From a bacterium (GTDB taxonomy: Bacteria; Patescibacteriota; Patescibacteriia; Patescibacteriales; UBA12465), in NCBI GenBank assembly GCA_035402825.1, contig DAONDZ010000003.1, forward strand, positions 4,965 through 68,964: DNA of 64,000 nt, read 5' to 3'. The notes under the pieces were generated by a model. It saw nothing but the letters and a program-made list of their open reading frames with translations, searched no databases and was not told where the DNA came from. Every line of letters starts with the position of its first letter. The first letter of the stretch is position 1. This document shows positions 17,765-27,013 of this stretch, piece after piece. The translations under genes and the position numbers were made by a program.

Positions 17765-18781
17765 ATGAAGCGTCCCGCCTTCACCTTAATTGAAATCATG
17801 GTCTCCATTCTTATCATCGGGCTAATCACAACTGTAGCCGCTGTTTCTGTGGGCCAAGTTAGAGCTAAAAGCCGAGACACTAAGAGAATAACCGACATTA
17901 AGTCCCTTCAGAGCGCTCTAGAGGCCTATTATCGCGACGAAAACCAATATCCGGCCGCCTTAGTCGCCGGGTCGCCCTTAGTTGGCTCCACCTCCTCTAC
18001 TACTTATCTAGCCGCCGTTCCCACTCCGCCGGAGATATTAGACGGCAGCTGTACTAGCAGCGATTATATTTATCAAACCAGCGAGAATAATGGTTATGGC
18101 ATTGAATTCTGTTTGGGACAGCCGGCCAACGATGCCATCTCCGGATTAAATTGCGCCCGGCCCAAAGGAATAGTCAGCGGCCCTTGTCTCAGCTGCGGCG
18201 ACAATATTAATTATGCTGGTGTAATTTACCCCACTACTCTCATCGGCAATCAGTGCTGGCTGGCCAAAAATTTAAATATCGGCGCCATAATAACAGGAAC
18301 GGCTAATCCTACTGACAACGGAATTATTGAAAAATATTGTTACAACGATCTAGTGGCAAACTGCACCGCTTATGGCGGCTTATACCAATGGAATGAAACC
18401 ATGCAATATTCCACCACCGAAGCTGCTCAAGGCATTTGTCCAGCTGGCTGGCATGTTCCCACTGACGCCGAACAATCTACTCTTGAAAATTACCTAAAAG
18501 ATTCTGGCCAAGCTTGCGGGGCAAACAGAATTGGTTGGGAATGTTATAATGCCGGCACTAAACTGCTATTGGGCGGAGACTCACATTTTGAAGGGTTGCT
18601 AAATGGCTACCGCGATACTAACGCATCGTTCACCGGTCATGGAACGGACGGTTATTTTTGGTCTTCGTCGATAAATGACTCTAGTGCTTGGTTGCGACTC
18701 TTGTATGCTGGCAACTCGGCAGTCGGCCGCGTCTCTAATCCTCAAACCTTGAGCTTTTCAGTGCGCTGTCTAAAAAATTAA
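17765..18781 (+). CDS. Type IV prepilin-like N-terminus fused to a FISUMP (Fib_succ_major) domain, copy 1
   Basis: MKRPA|FTLIEIMVSILIIGLI is a prepilin methylation motif with Ala at -1. The C-terminal 200 aa carry LIGNQCWLAKNLNIG, YGGLYQWNE, CPAGWHVPTDAEQ, GYFWSSS and FSVRCLKN. Confidence 0.85.
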   Translation: MKRPAFTLIEIMVSILIIGLITTVAAVSVGQVRAKSRDTKRITDIKSLQSALEAYYRDENQYPAALVAGSPLVGSTSSTTYLAAVPTPPEILDGSCTSSDYIYQTSENNGYGIEFCLGQPANDAISGLNCARPKGIVSGPCLSCGDNINYAGVIYPTTLIGNQCWLAKNLNIGAIITGTANPTDNGIIEKYCYNDLVANCTAYGGLYQWNETMQYSTTEAAQGICPAGWHVPTDAEQSTLENYLKDSGQACGANRIGWECYNAGTKLLLGGDSHFEGLLNGYRDTNASFTGHGTDGYFWSSSINDSSAWLRLLYAGNSAVGRVSNPQTLSFSVRCLKN

Positions 18782-18782
18782 T

Positions 18783-19808
18783 ATGACTAAAAAAACGGGA
18801 TTTAGTTTAGTGGAAATGTTAGTGGCTCTATTTATCATCGGGCTAATTTCGGCTATAGTTTCAGTTTCCGTATCATCTTTTCGACAAAAAAGCCGGGACA
18901 CAGAAAGAATGTCTGATATCAAACAAATCCAAGCGGCCCTAGAGCTTTATCGCCAAAGCGAAGGCAGCTATCCTGATAGCTTAACTTTCGGCGCGGCGCT
19001 AATGGGTTCTACCTCTTCAACTACGGTCTATGCCGCCAAATTACCGACCAACCCAATCACCACCAACCACGATAATTGCAGCGGCAGCGAATATGCTTAT
19101 TCTTTAAACAGCAAAGGAAGCTATAATTTAGAATTTTGTTTGGAACGCGGCGAAGGTGAGATGACTATCGGCTCTCATTGTGCCCGACCGACGGGGATAA
19201 ACAACAGCGCTTGCTTCGTCTGCGGCGATTCCCTCACTTATGGCGGCGAAGCCTATCCCACTGTCCTCATCGGCACTCAGTGTTGGTTCGCCAAGAATTT
19301 AAACATCGGCACTATGATAACGGGGGCATCTAATCCTGCTAATAATGGAATTATTGAAAAGTATTGTTATAACAATTCGGAAGCCAGCTGTACCACTTAT
19401 GGCGGTTTATACCAATGGAATGAAGCCATGCAATACCTCACTACTGAAGCCGTGCAAGGTATTTGTCCAACCGGCTGGCATATTCCCACTGATGCTGAAC
19501 AACATATTCTTAATGACTACCTGAAAGATTCTGGCCAAACTTGCTCTGCGAGTAGATTAGACTGGGATTGTTCTACTGCCGGCACTAAATTAAAGACTGG
19601 GGGTACTTCCGGATTTGAGGGTCTGTTAGCAGGCTACCATGACCCCAATGGGTCTTTCGTTAATGGAGGATGGTATGGGCATTTCTGGTCATCTACTATT
19701 AGCGGATTGAACGCCTTATATCAGGCTTTGGGCAGCAGCCAAGCGACTGTTTTTCGCTATGTAATTAACCAACCTTACGGTTTTTCCATACGCTGTCTAA
19801 AAAATTAA
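18783..19808 (+). CDS. Type IV prepilin-like N-terminus fused to a FISUMP domain, copy 2
   Basis: MTKKTG|FSLVEMLVALFIIGLI is a canonical G|F..E motif. The same FISUMP motifs are present (LIGTQCWFAKNLNIG, YGGLYQWNE, CPTGWHIPTDAEQ, HFWSST, FSIRCLKN). Confidence 0.87.
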   Translation: MTKKTGFSLVEMLVALFIIGLISAIVSVSVSSFRQKSRDTERMSDIKQIQAALELYRQSEGSYPDSLTFGAALMGSTSSTTVYAAKLPTNPITTNHDNCSGSEYAYSLNSKGSYNLEFCLERGEGEMTIGSHCARPTGINNSACFVCGDSLTYGGEAYPTVLIGTQCWFAKNLNIGTMITGASNPANNGIIEKYCYNNSEASCTTYGGLYQWNEAMQYLTTEAVQGICPTGWHIPTDAEQHILNDYLKDSGQTCSASRLDWDCSTAGTKLKTGGTSGFEGLLAGYHDPNGSFVNGGWYGHFWSSTISGLNALYQALGSSQATVFRYVINQPYGFSIRCLKN

Positions 19809-19820
19809 AATCATTTAACC

Positions 19821-19850
19821 AAAAACCGCCCAACTGGGCGGTTTTATTTT
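19821..19850. terminator. Bidirectional rho-independent terminator
   Basis: An aaaaccgccca act tgggcggtttt hairpin between convergent genes. Confidence 0.75.
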
Positions 19851-19855
19851 TGAGC

Positions 19856-20797
19856 TTAACTTTTCAAAAAATCTTTAATCAGTTTTTTAGCGTCAGTTAA
19901 TCCTTCTAACCAATGAATTTGCCGTTTCTGTTTCTGCCATCTCTTGAACCAGATAGCTTGTTTTTTAGAAAAACGACAGATGGCTTGATTCAAATGATCC
20001 ACCATGGTATCGTAGTCCATTTTGCCTTGCAAAAACCAAGCGCCATGACGATATTCCAAACCGAATTTTTCCAAACGATCATAGCTCACCCCACTTTTAT
20101 GCAATCCTTTAATCTCATCAATCAATCCCTCGTCCAAACGGCTGAGCAACCTTTGTTTAATTCTTTTGTTCAATTCTTCTTGGGGACAGGATAGTCCTAA
20201 AATCAAAAAATCATATTTAGATTTTTTAGCGCCGGCTTTAAATCCGGCTTCAGCGGAAAATATTTCAATATAGCGCACTAAACGGCGCGGATTATTTTTG
20301 TCGCTATTATTCAACTTAGCAAAAAACTTGGGATTAATTTTCTTGAGCCTGGCTTGCAAATCTTCCTTAGTCAAAGACTCTAGCTCTAAACGCAGTTGAG
20401 TGTCCGGCTTGGTTTTGGCTAAACTATAGTTATCCACCAAAGCTTGCAAATACAAACCACTACCCCCAACCACCAAGGGCAATTTGCCCCGCGCTAAAAT
20501 ATCATCAATAGCGCGGAAAGCCAGTTGTTGATATTTAGCCAAGCTAAAAACGGATTTAGGCGAAGCCACATCAATTAGGTGGTATTTAATCTGTTTCTTT
20601 CGGCCATTTTTGACGATGGTATAATCGGGCAGGTCTTTGCCGGTACCAATGTCCATACCCCGATACACCTGGCGACTATCAGCGCTCACTATCTCACCGG
20701 AAAAAGCATCGGCTAGCTTAACAGCCAAGCCGGTCTTGCCGCTGGAAGTGGCGCCCAAAATGACTACTATTTTATTGTTTATTATTTCCTTTTTCAT
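19856..20797 (-). CDS. miaA: tRNA dimethylallyltransferase
   Basis: VVILGATSSGKTGLAVKLA...IVSADSRQVYRGMDIGTGK. Confidence 0.92.
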   Translation of the reverse strand: MKKEIINNKIVVILGATSSGKTGLAVKLADAFSGEIVSADSRQVYRGMDIGTGKDLPDYTIVKNGRKKQIKYHLIDVASPKSVFSLAKYQQLAFRAIDDILARGKLPLVVGGSGLYLQALVDNYSLAKTKPDTQLRLELESLTKEDLQARLKKINPKFFAKLNNSDKNNPRRLVRYIEIFSAEAGFKAGAKKSKYDFLILGLSCPQEELNKRIKQRLLSRLDEGLIDEIKGLHKSGVSYDRLEKFGLEYRHGAWFLQGKMDYDTMVDHLNQAICRFSKKQAIWFKRWQKQKRQIHWLEGLTDAKKLIKDFLKS

Positions 20798-22109
20798 TTT
20801 TTTCTTTTACATATTCTCCGGTCAAACCAAAGTCCCGAACACTGCTAATTTTTACCGGAATTATTTTCCCTAAAAAATTACCCCGCCCTAATCCCAAAAT
20901 GCTGACACTCTTGGCTGTCCTGGTATTTCCCTGCCAGCCGCCTTTTCTGTCCCGACCCGACACCAAGACGTCCACTGTCTTATTGATATACCATTTATTA
21001 TTTTTCAAAGCATCGCGGCGCAATATCTTATTCAAAACCTCTTCTCGCCGTTTCTTCTCAGCCAAAGAGACATCGTCTATCATCCGATATGAAGCGGTAC
21101 CGAAACGAGGGCTATAGCGGGCGACAAAAGCCTGATCAAAGCCCACCGCTTTCATTAGTTTCACAGTGTTGAGAAATTGGCGCTTAGTTTCCCCCGGGAA
21201 TCCGACGATGATGTCGGTGGAAATAGCTATCGGGAGCGCCTGCTTATTCTTCTGAGCGGCCAATCTGATCTTTTTAACCTGGTTTAAATATTTCTGGGCG
21301 GTATATCCCCGATTCATTCTTTTTAATATTTCATCGTCTCCCGACTGAACCGCAAAATGGACTTGCTCGCAAAGATGTTTTCCTTGGCCGATAGCCTTAA
21401 TTAATTCCGGGCTCATATCCTTGGGGTGGCTAGTGGCAAAGCGCAGCCAAAAATCTCCCGGCAAGGCATCAATGGCTTTAATTAACTCCGGAAAGCTCAA
21501 GCCGTTATGAAAACTATTAACATTCTGGGCTATCAAAACAATTTCTTTATACCCTTTCTTAATTAATCCTTTCACTTCGGCGATTATCTGTTTAGCCGGA
21601 CGATATTTTTCCCGGCCGCGGGCATAGGGGACGACGCAATAGGAACAAAAGTTATTACAACCATTGCCTATGGGCACATAGGCTAAAAATGGAGAGTCAT
21701 ATTTAGGAATAATGGAAAGATACTCTCGGGCCGGAGTTTTCTCTTTTTGATTTTTGGTATTTTTCTTTACCCCCAATTCTTGCAAATATCCGTCTAATTC
21801 CAGTAAATCAAAAATTGGCAAAAATAGGTCTACCCGGCCGGATAATTTTTCCTGGACGTCCGATCTCTGACTTAGACAACCGGTGACGACGATAACGACT
21901 TGGGGGTTCTCGTGGCGCAAAGAATTAATCAATCCATAAACTCTGTCTTCGGCGGATTGCCGCACGCCACAGGTCACAAAAAAAGCTAAATCAGCCTGCC
22001 GGCGGTCCTTAGTTTCTTTTAAGCCGTAGTTATCCAAATAAGCCGCCAGGCGTTCGCTGTCGGCTTTATTCATTTGGCATCCGATTGTAAAAATATAATA
22101 TTTTTTCAT
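20772..22109 (-). CDS. miaB: tRNA-i6A37 methylthiotransferase
   Basis: The N-terminal YYIFTIGCQMNKADSE, the radical-SAM motif CNNFCSYCVVPYARG and a TRAM-like C-terminus. Confidence 0.92.
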   Translation of the reverse strand: MKKYYIFTIGCQMNKADSERLAAYLDNYGLKETKDRRQADLAFFVTCGVRQSAEDRVYGLINSLRHENPQVVIVVTGCLSQRSDVQEKLSGRVDLFLPIFDLLELDGYLQELGVKKNTKNQKEKTPAREYLSIIPKYDSPFLAYVPIGNGCNNFCSYCVVPYARGREKYRPAKQIIAEVKGLIKKGYKEIVLIAQNVNSFHNGLSFPELIKAIDALPGDFWLRFATSHPKDMSPELIKAIGQGKHLCEQVHFAVQSGDDEILKRMNRGYTAQKYLNQVKKIRLAAQKNKQALPIAISTDIIVGFPGETKRQFLNTVKLMKAVGFDQAFVARYSPRFGTASYRMIDDVSLAEKKRREEVLNKILRRDALKNNKWYINKTVDVLVSGRDRKGGWQGNTRTAKSVSILGLGRGNFLGKIIPVKISSVRDFGLTGEYVKEKNEKGNNKQ

Positions 22110-23842
22110 TATTTTAGTCTTTCCAATTTATACAAAGCTAAATTATAAGTTACAATTTTTACTTCCCGCATCTTGAGGCCCAATTCTTTAAACTTATAAT
22201 AGTTCAAATATTCCACATCAGCGGATTTAAAACGAAAGTTGAAATAATAGACCGGAATATAACGAGCCAAACGGGCATAGGCCTGGTTCATATTAACATC
22301 ATCAAATAACCCCACTATTACCCGGCGCTCCGGAAAGAACAATTTATCCTGATAGCGAGTGATGATTACTGCTTCCGGTTCGGTTAAAGCAATGACTTCA
22401 TTGAAAATCTGGCGGTCAGTGTCAAAATTATATTGGCTATACCACAGTCCTTCCTCCGATCCGAACAATACAAAATTAACAGAAAGAGCGGAAAAAGCCA
22501 AGGCCATAGCAAAACAGCTTAAATTAGCGAATAATTTCTGTCGTCTGAGTACCAAATAGCTAAAGCGATCCGCACCGTAGGCGGCAAAGATAATCAGCCC
22601 TAAATAGATTGGCAACCAATAACGAGTATAGGAATTGCCAATTGTTAATCGATTAGGATCAGGATTATCACTAAACTTCCAGGAACCGTAATATAAAACC
22701 AAGAGAGCAGTAATAAATAACCAGAGAATTAAAAAGACAATAAATGACCGTGGCCGCTTCCTGATATTTATCAACCAGAACAATCCCCCGACCACGGCGG
22801 GCCAAAAGAGATATGGGAACATATCAATGACGTAGTATTTAAACATCAAAATTGATTGTTTCGGATTCAAACCGAAATAGAAAACGGCGTCTTTAATCTT
22901 CTCCAATCTGTCCACCAAAGTAACTTCAGCGCCGCTGGGCTGGCTAATGGTCAAAACCTTAGCCACTGATTGGTTCATTTCATTATATCCGCTTTGAAAA
23001 AATCCGCCATACAAAACCTTGTTCCAAGACAAGACCGGCAAGATAGCAAAACCTAAGAAAGTCACAAAAACCGCCACTTTAAAAATATCCAATTTTTTGT
23101 AATAAATAATTGTGGCCAGAAATAGCGCCGGCACCAACCAAAGCGCTTCGGCCGTTCTGGTAATTATGGCTAACCCAATAAAAAATCCGGCCAAAGACGC
23201 ATGGAGCAATTTACCCAAAAGCCGGCGAGTTTTGTCCACGTTGGTAAAACAATCTTGGTAGCGCCGCTCGCCTAAAATCATCAGTGACCAAAAATATAAC
23301 CCGATAATCACAAAAGCGATAAACGGAACATTATGGAAGAAGCTGCGGGCGGCATAATAGGTATAAACCGGAAAGACCGACAACAACGCCGCGGCGATTA
23401 ATGCTAGACGGCGGGAGTTAGACCACTTCTCCACCAAGAGATAAAAGAAAATAACGCCCAGAGCTGCTAAGAGCGGAGTGAGATATGGCAAGATGCCTAT
23501 CCCCGCGGCCATGGCTATTTGGCCATAGACCAAAATCATTCCCAAAAAGCTAACCGGTTTTAATAGTCCCCCGTCGCTCTTAATACTACGCGGGTGGATT
23601 ATCTGCTCGCCCGGCAAATTATAGGGCTCATAATAACTGAGAGTGCCGGTCTGGGCATAGAGCTTGGAGAAAAAATAGTTAGCCGTTTCATCCGGAGAAC
23701 TCCATTTCACGAAATTATCGCGTTGGTTATAGAAATTATAGGCCGAAGAAAAGGAAAAACAAATCACCGCCAATCCTAAAACGGCAGAGAAAATCAGTAT
23801 TTTATAGCCCTTGGCGTTAATCATAATTATTTCTTTTCCCAA
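22109..23842 (-). CDS. Polytopic GT-C-type (ArnT/PMT-like) membrane glycosyltransferase
   Basis: At least 10 hydrophobic helices and a first-loop acidic motif (SSPDETANYFF). An alternative start at 23824 (MINAKG) is possible. Its stop overlaps the miaB start (TAATG). Confidence 0.65.
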   Translation of the reverse strand: MGKEIIMINAKGYKILIFSAVLGLAVICFSFSSAYNFYNQRDNFVKWSSPDETANYFFSKLYAQTGTLSYYEPYNLPGEQIIHPRSIKSDGGLLKPVSFLGMILVYGQIAMAAGIGILPYLTPLLAALGVIFFYLLVEKWSNSRRLALIAAALLSVFPVYTYYAARSFFHNVPFIAFVIIGLYFWSLMILGERRYQDCFTNVDKTRRLLGKLLHASLAGFFIGLAIITRTAEALWLVPALFLATIIYYKKLDIFKVAVFVTFLGFAILPVLSWNKVLYGGFFQSGYNEMNQSVAKVLTISQPSGAEVTLVDRLEKIKDAVFYFGLNPKQSILMFKYYVIDMFPYLFWPAVVGGLFWLINIRKRPRSFIVFLILWLFITALLVLYYGSWKFSDNPDPNRLTIGNSYTRYWLPIYLGLIIFAAYGADRFSYLVLRRQKLFANLSCFAMALAFSALSVNFVLFGSEEGLWYSQYNFDTDRQIFNEVIALTEPEAVIITRYQDKLFFPERRVIVGLFDDVNMNQAYARLARYIPVYYFNFRFKSADVEYLNYYKFKELGLKMREVKIVTYNLALYKLERLK

Positions 23843-26187
23843 TAATTAAACACCGGACCAGCCGATAAAGCCCAACGGCCGGAACGCTGATGAGCAAAAA
23901 TTAATATCTTCACATCGCTTAAATCAATATTCAATTTCTGTTTGTTATTACCTGTAATTACCATGGTCTTCTTGCCCAGAGTTTCCACCTTAAACTCTCG
24001 GCCGAGGCGATCAATGAATCGGACATCATCATTGGATAAATCTTGTCCGTTCAATTCTTTGACGATAATACTGCGAGTGGTATTTAATTGCTGACTTAAA
24101 TCATTCAAAGAAGAATTAACTGAACTCAGCTCATAATTGACTTTTAACCCTTCCATCATCCCCTTAATCATTTCAGTGTTGTTAATCAATTCATCTACCA
24201 ATCCTAAATTCGGCTCAACATAGGAATATTCCAAGAATCCGGTATTAGCACTATCGCTAGCCGCATATTTTTGATCCAAGCTGAGCTTGTCTAAAGGTAA
24301 TTGCAAGTCTACCCAGCTGGCCATAGTTCTATTTATTTCCCGAGTCAGATAGTCGCTATTAGCCAAATGACTTAACCGGCCATTAGTCAAAAAAGAGCTG
24401 GCGATTAATTTCAAAGTGGACCAATAATTATGACCGTGCCAAAGATCAGCCGTGGCCAACAAAGCTCGGATCTTCTCGGCTTGAGTCTGATAATTGCGAT
24501 AATTGGCATTTTCATCGAAATAAGAACTCTTGCCGCTTAGAGGGAAAACCAAATTAATCATATCCCCCACCGAAGCCACGCACCGACCGGTGCCGCTTTT
24601 GCAGATAGTATTGTTGCTGGCAGCCGGTTTAGTGCCTTGATAGTTACCCACCGCCGGTGAAGTTAGCTGCTTAAAAAGATAATCATTGGGCCAATAGAAA
24701 TCAGCCAAGAAACGAACGCCCATCTTGGATCTTTCGCTAGTCTTATCCCAGGCACCGCCTAAAGCAGAAAAATTATACTGCGCCAATTGATTCTGCAAGC
24801 GATTAAAATTATCCGGCATTCCCGGAGACTGACTGCCTAAAAGCTCTTCTAAATTATAGTTTTCACCAAAAGTCTTAACCAAGGAATCGCGATATTGTAC
24901 TAGAGTTAAATCATCTCTCAATCCTTTAAAGAAAGCTAGAGTCTTATAAATCCGCGCCCATTTTAATTTCAAATCATAGTTATTGAATAAATCATGGGCC
25001 ATAAAGCTGGCGGACAAAGTATGAATGCGCCAATCGTCAATGTCCAAAGCACAATTAGGACAATCATTGTTCTGATAATACAAAGGAAAGGGCTGGTTAA
25101 GCCAGCGCGCGGTTAAATAAAAATTATTTAGTTTAGCATTAGCTTTGTAGTCATCCGGCACCACAAAATCGGCATAGTTTATAGGATAAAGCATCACCGG
25201 AGATTTAATATTCTGGCGATGTTCCTTGATTAATTCCACTTCTTTCAAGGCGTCCACCCGCAAATAGCCGGGCGAGTTAAAAGTATAAAAAGTAGCTTCG
25301 GCTGGAGTAAAAAGATTCGGATTAACCGTTTTGTCGTCAGTATTAATTTGTCCGGTTTGCGGCTTTAAAAGCTCCAAAGCGGTAGCGGTATAAGCCACTT
25401 CTAAACGAGCGGCTTCCAAAACCAAGTCATTAACCTGCCCCACTTCCCCTAAACGTTTTTGGTAGCGCGCCTTAGCAGTTTCATTTAAATTAGTGAGCAT
25501 TTCAAAAAGGTTGGAATAGAAAATGTCGGCTTCAATATTCTTAAACACCTGCTTCAGGGCGGTTTGGTAGTGATAGGTCAAAAAATCACTGGTTAAAAGT
25601 GGCGGTACCTGGCGCTTGGACAAGGTGTCATAAACCGCATAGAAATTATTAACGCTTTCATTGCCTTTTTGCGAACTAAAAGGATTTTTGATAACCACAA
25701 AGGCCTTGGAGTTTAAAGCCGTCAAAGCCGCATCCAAACTAATTTGCCTAGAAAAATCGTAGTAGTTAATAGCTTGCGTCTTAGCATCCCAAGGCAACTT
25801 ATACTTTGGCAAATTAAAATTAGTTTCTACCGTTAGCGGCTTATAGAAATCTTTAAAGGCTAAATATTCCACTTCGGCGCCTAAGCCAGAAGAAGACACG
25901 CCGCCGTTTCCGCCGTTAGTATCGCCGGGCAATTGAGCGCCGCCGGAAGTATCCAGGCCATCGCCGCCGCTAGGTATTTCTTGATCAATATTCAAAGCAT
26001 TCTCTTCCTCCGGCCAAATATAGGGTCGTCCCCAAATATAGCCCGCAACCAACAAACCCAAAACTACCACGGCGATGATGATTATCATAATCACCTTGCG
26101 GCGGGAAGCAGTCTGAGAAACTGCTTGCGGGTTAACGGTGGAAGCCGCTTGTCCCGGTTTAAAATTAGGACTTTGATTATCAAACAT
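23827..26187 (-). CDS. Membrane-anchored extracytoplasmic protein of unknown function (possibly DUF3160-like)
   Basis: 786 aa with one N-terminal TM helix (VIMIIIIAVVVLGLLVAGYIW), a Gly-rich linker and a large helical domain. The DUF3160 resemblance is from memory only. Confidence 0.55.
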   Translation of the reverse strand: MFDNQSPNFKPGQAASTVNPQAVSQTASRRKVIMIIIIAVVVLGLLVAGYIWGRPYIWPEEENALNIDQEIPSGGDGLDTSGGAQLPGDTNGGNGGVSSSGLGAEVEYLAFKDFYKPLTVETNFNLPKYKLPWDAKTQAINYYDFSRQISLDAALTALNSKAFVVIKNPFSSQKGNESVNNFYAVYDTLSKRQVPPLLTSDFLTYHYQTALKQVFKNIEADIFYSNLFEMLTNLNETAKARYQKRLGEVGQVNDLVLEAARLEVAYTATALELLKPQTGQINTDDKTVNPNLFTPAEATFYTFNSPGYLRVDALKEVELIKEHRQNIKSPVMLYPINYADFVVPDDYKANAKLNNFYLTARWLNQPFPLYYQNNDCPNCALDIDDWRIHTLSASFMAHDLFNNYDLKLKWARIYKTLAFFKGLRDDLTLVQYRDSLVKTFGENYNLEELLGSQSPGMPDNFNRLQNQLAQYNFSALGGAWDKTSERSKMGVRFLADFYWPNDYLFKQLTSPAVGNYQGTKPAASNNTICKSGTGRCVASVGDMINLVFPLSGKSSYFDENANYRNYQTQAEKIRALLATADLWHGHNYWSTLKLIASSFLTNGRLSHLANSDYLTREINRTMASWVDLQLPLDKLSLDQKYAASDSANTGFLEYSYVEPNLGLVDELINNTEMIKGMMEGLKVNYELSSVNSSLNDLSQQLNTTRSIIVKELNGQDLSNDDVRFIDRLGREFKVETLGKKTMVITGNNKQKLNIDLSDVKILIFAHQRSGRWALSAGPVFNYWEKK

Positions 26188-26191
26188 ATAG

Positions 26192-27013
26192 TTATTTTAA
26201 ATATTTAGCCTTATTATCAATATGTTCCTGAAAAGTGCGGCTATAGACAGTCTCACCGGTATCGGGACGAGTCAAAAAATAATTATAATTAGTTTTCTGC
26301 GGATAAATAGCCGCACGCAAAGAAGCTATCCCCGGGCTGGCAATCGGTCCCGGTGGCAAGCCATAGTGGCGATAGGTATTATAATCCGATTCCACCATAG
26401 TATCTTCCTTGCTATACTGCGCCTTATACTCCCCCAAGACATAGGCTAAGGTAGCGCAGGACTCTAGGGGCTGGCCGTTGGTTATTCGTCGCCAGAATAT
26501 TCCGGAAACAATACCGCGATCAGTGGAGGCGCTAACTTCTTTTTCAATTACCGAAGCCATAGTCACTATCTGATGAATCTTCTTGCCTTGGCTGCTAATC
26601 GCTTGGCGCAATTCATTATTCAGCTGAGTGTCAAAATTATCCAGCATCTTTTTCACTAAATCATCGAGGGTAGCATCGGCATAAACGCGATAAGTGTCGG
26701 GGAATAAATAACCTTCTAAACTGGCGTTAGCCGGAGCGGAGAGCAAGAAATTATACTGACCGCTATAATCTTTCACTTTTAAACCTAATAAATCATTGGC
26801 GTCTTTAAATCCCTGCTTCTTTAAATAAGCGGCAATATTGTCTATATTCCAGCCTTCAATAATCGTGATGGTCTTTTCTTCCAGCACCAAAGCCGCCTGC
26901 TTAGCCTCTTGAGCTTTATTATGCCGGCTGATGACCTGGGAAATAATAACTATGGAGGCGATTAACAGAATTAAAAGCCAAATTAAATTTTTACGATTAT
27001 TTCTTCTGCGCAT
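26192..27013 (-). CDS. mltG: Endolytic murein transglycosylase MltG (YceG family)
   Basis: An N-terminal TM helix, LEGYLFPDTYRV and ASVIEKE motifs. Confidence 0.9.
   Translation of the reverse strand: MRRRNNRKNLIWLLILLIASIVIISQVISRHNKAQEAKQAALVLEEKTITIIEGWNIDNIAAYLKKQGFKDANDLLGLKVKDYSGQYNFLLSAPANASLEGYLFPDTYRVYADATLDDLVKKMLDNFDTQLNNELRQAISSQGKKIHQIVTMASVIEKEVSASTDRGIVSGIFWRRITNGQPLESCATLAYVLGEYKAQYSKEDTMVESDYNTYRHYGLPPGPIASPGIASLRAAIYPQKTNYNYFLTRPDTGETVYSRTFQEHIDNKAKYLK

Larger units (their letters stand above)
17765..19808 (+). repeat. Tandem duplication of a ~1-kb gene unit (the two pilin-FISUMP paralogs)
   Basis: The central ~250 nt of the two genes align at roughly 80% nucleotide identity by eye, while the ends are much more diverged. 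Confidence 0.8.

Noticed and set aside
17765-19808. Diversity-generating retroelement acting on the FISUMP genes (a TR/VR pair).
   Set aside because: No reverse transcriptase ORF (no YxDD motif) occurs in the window. The differences between the two copies are spread over all four bases rather than being adenine-specific. This is kept only as a genome-wide hypothesis.
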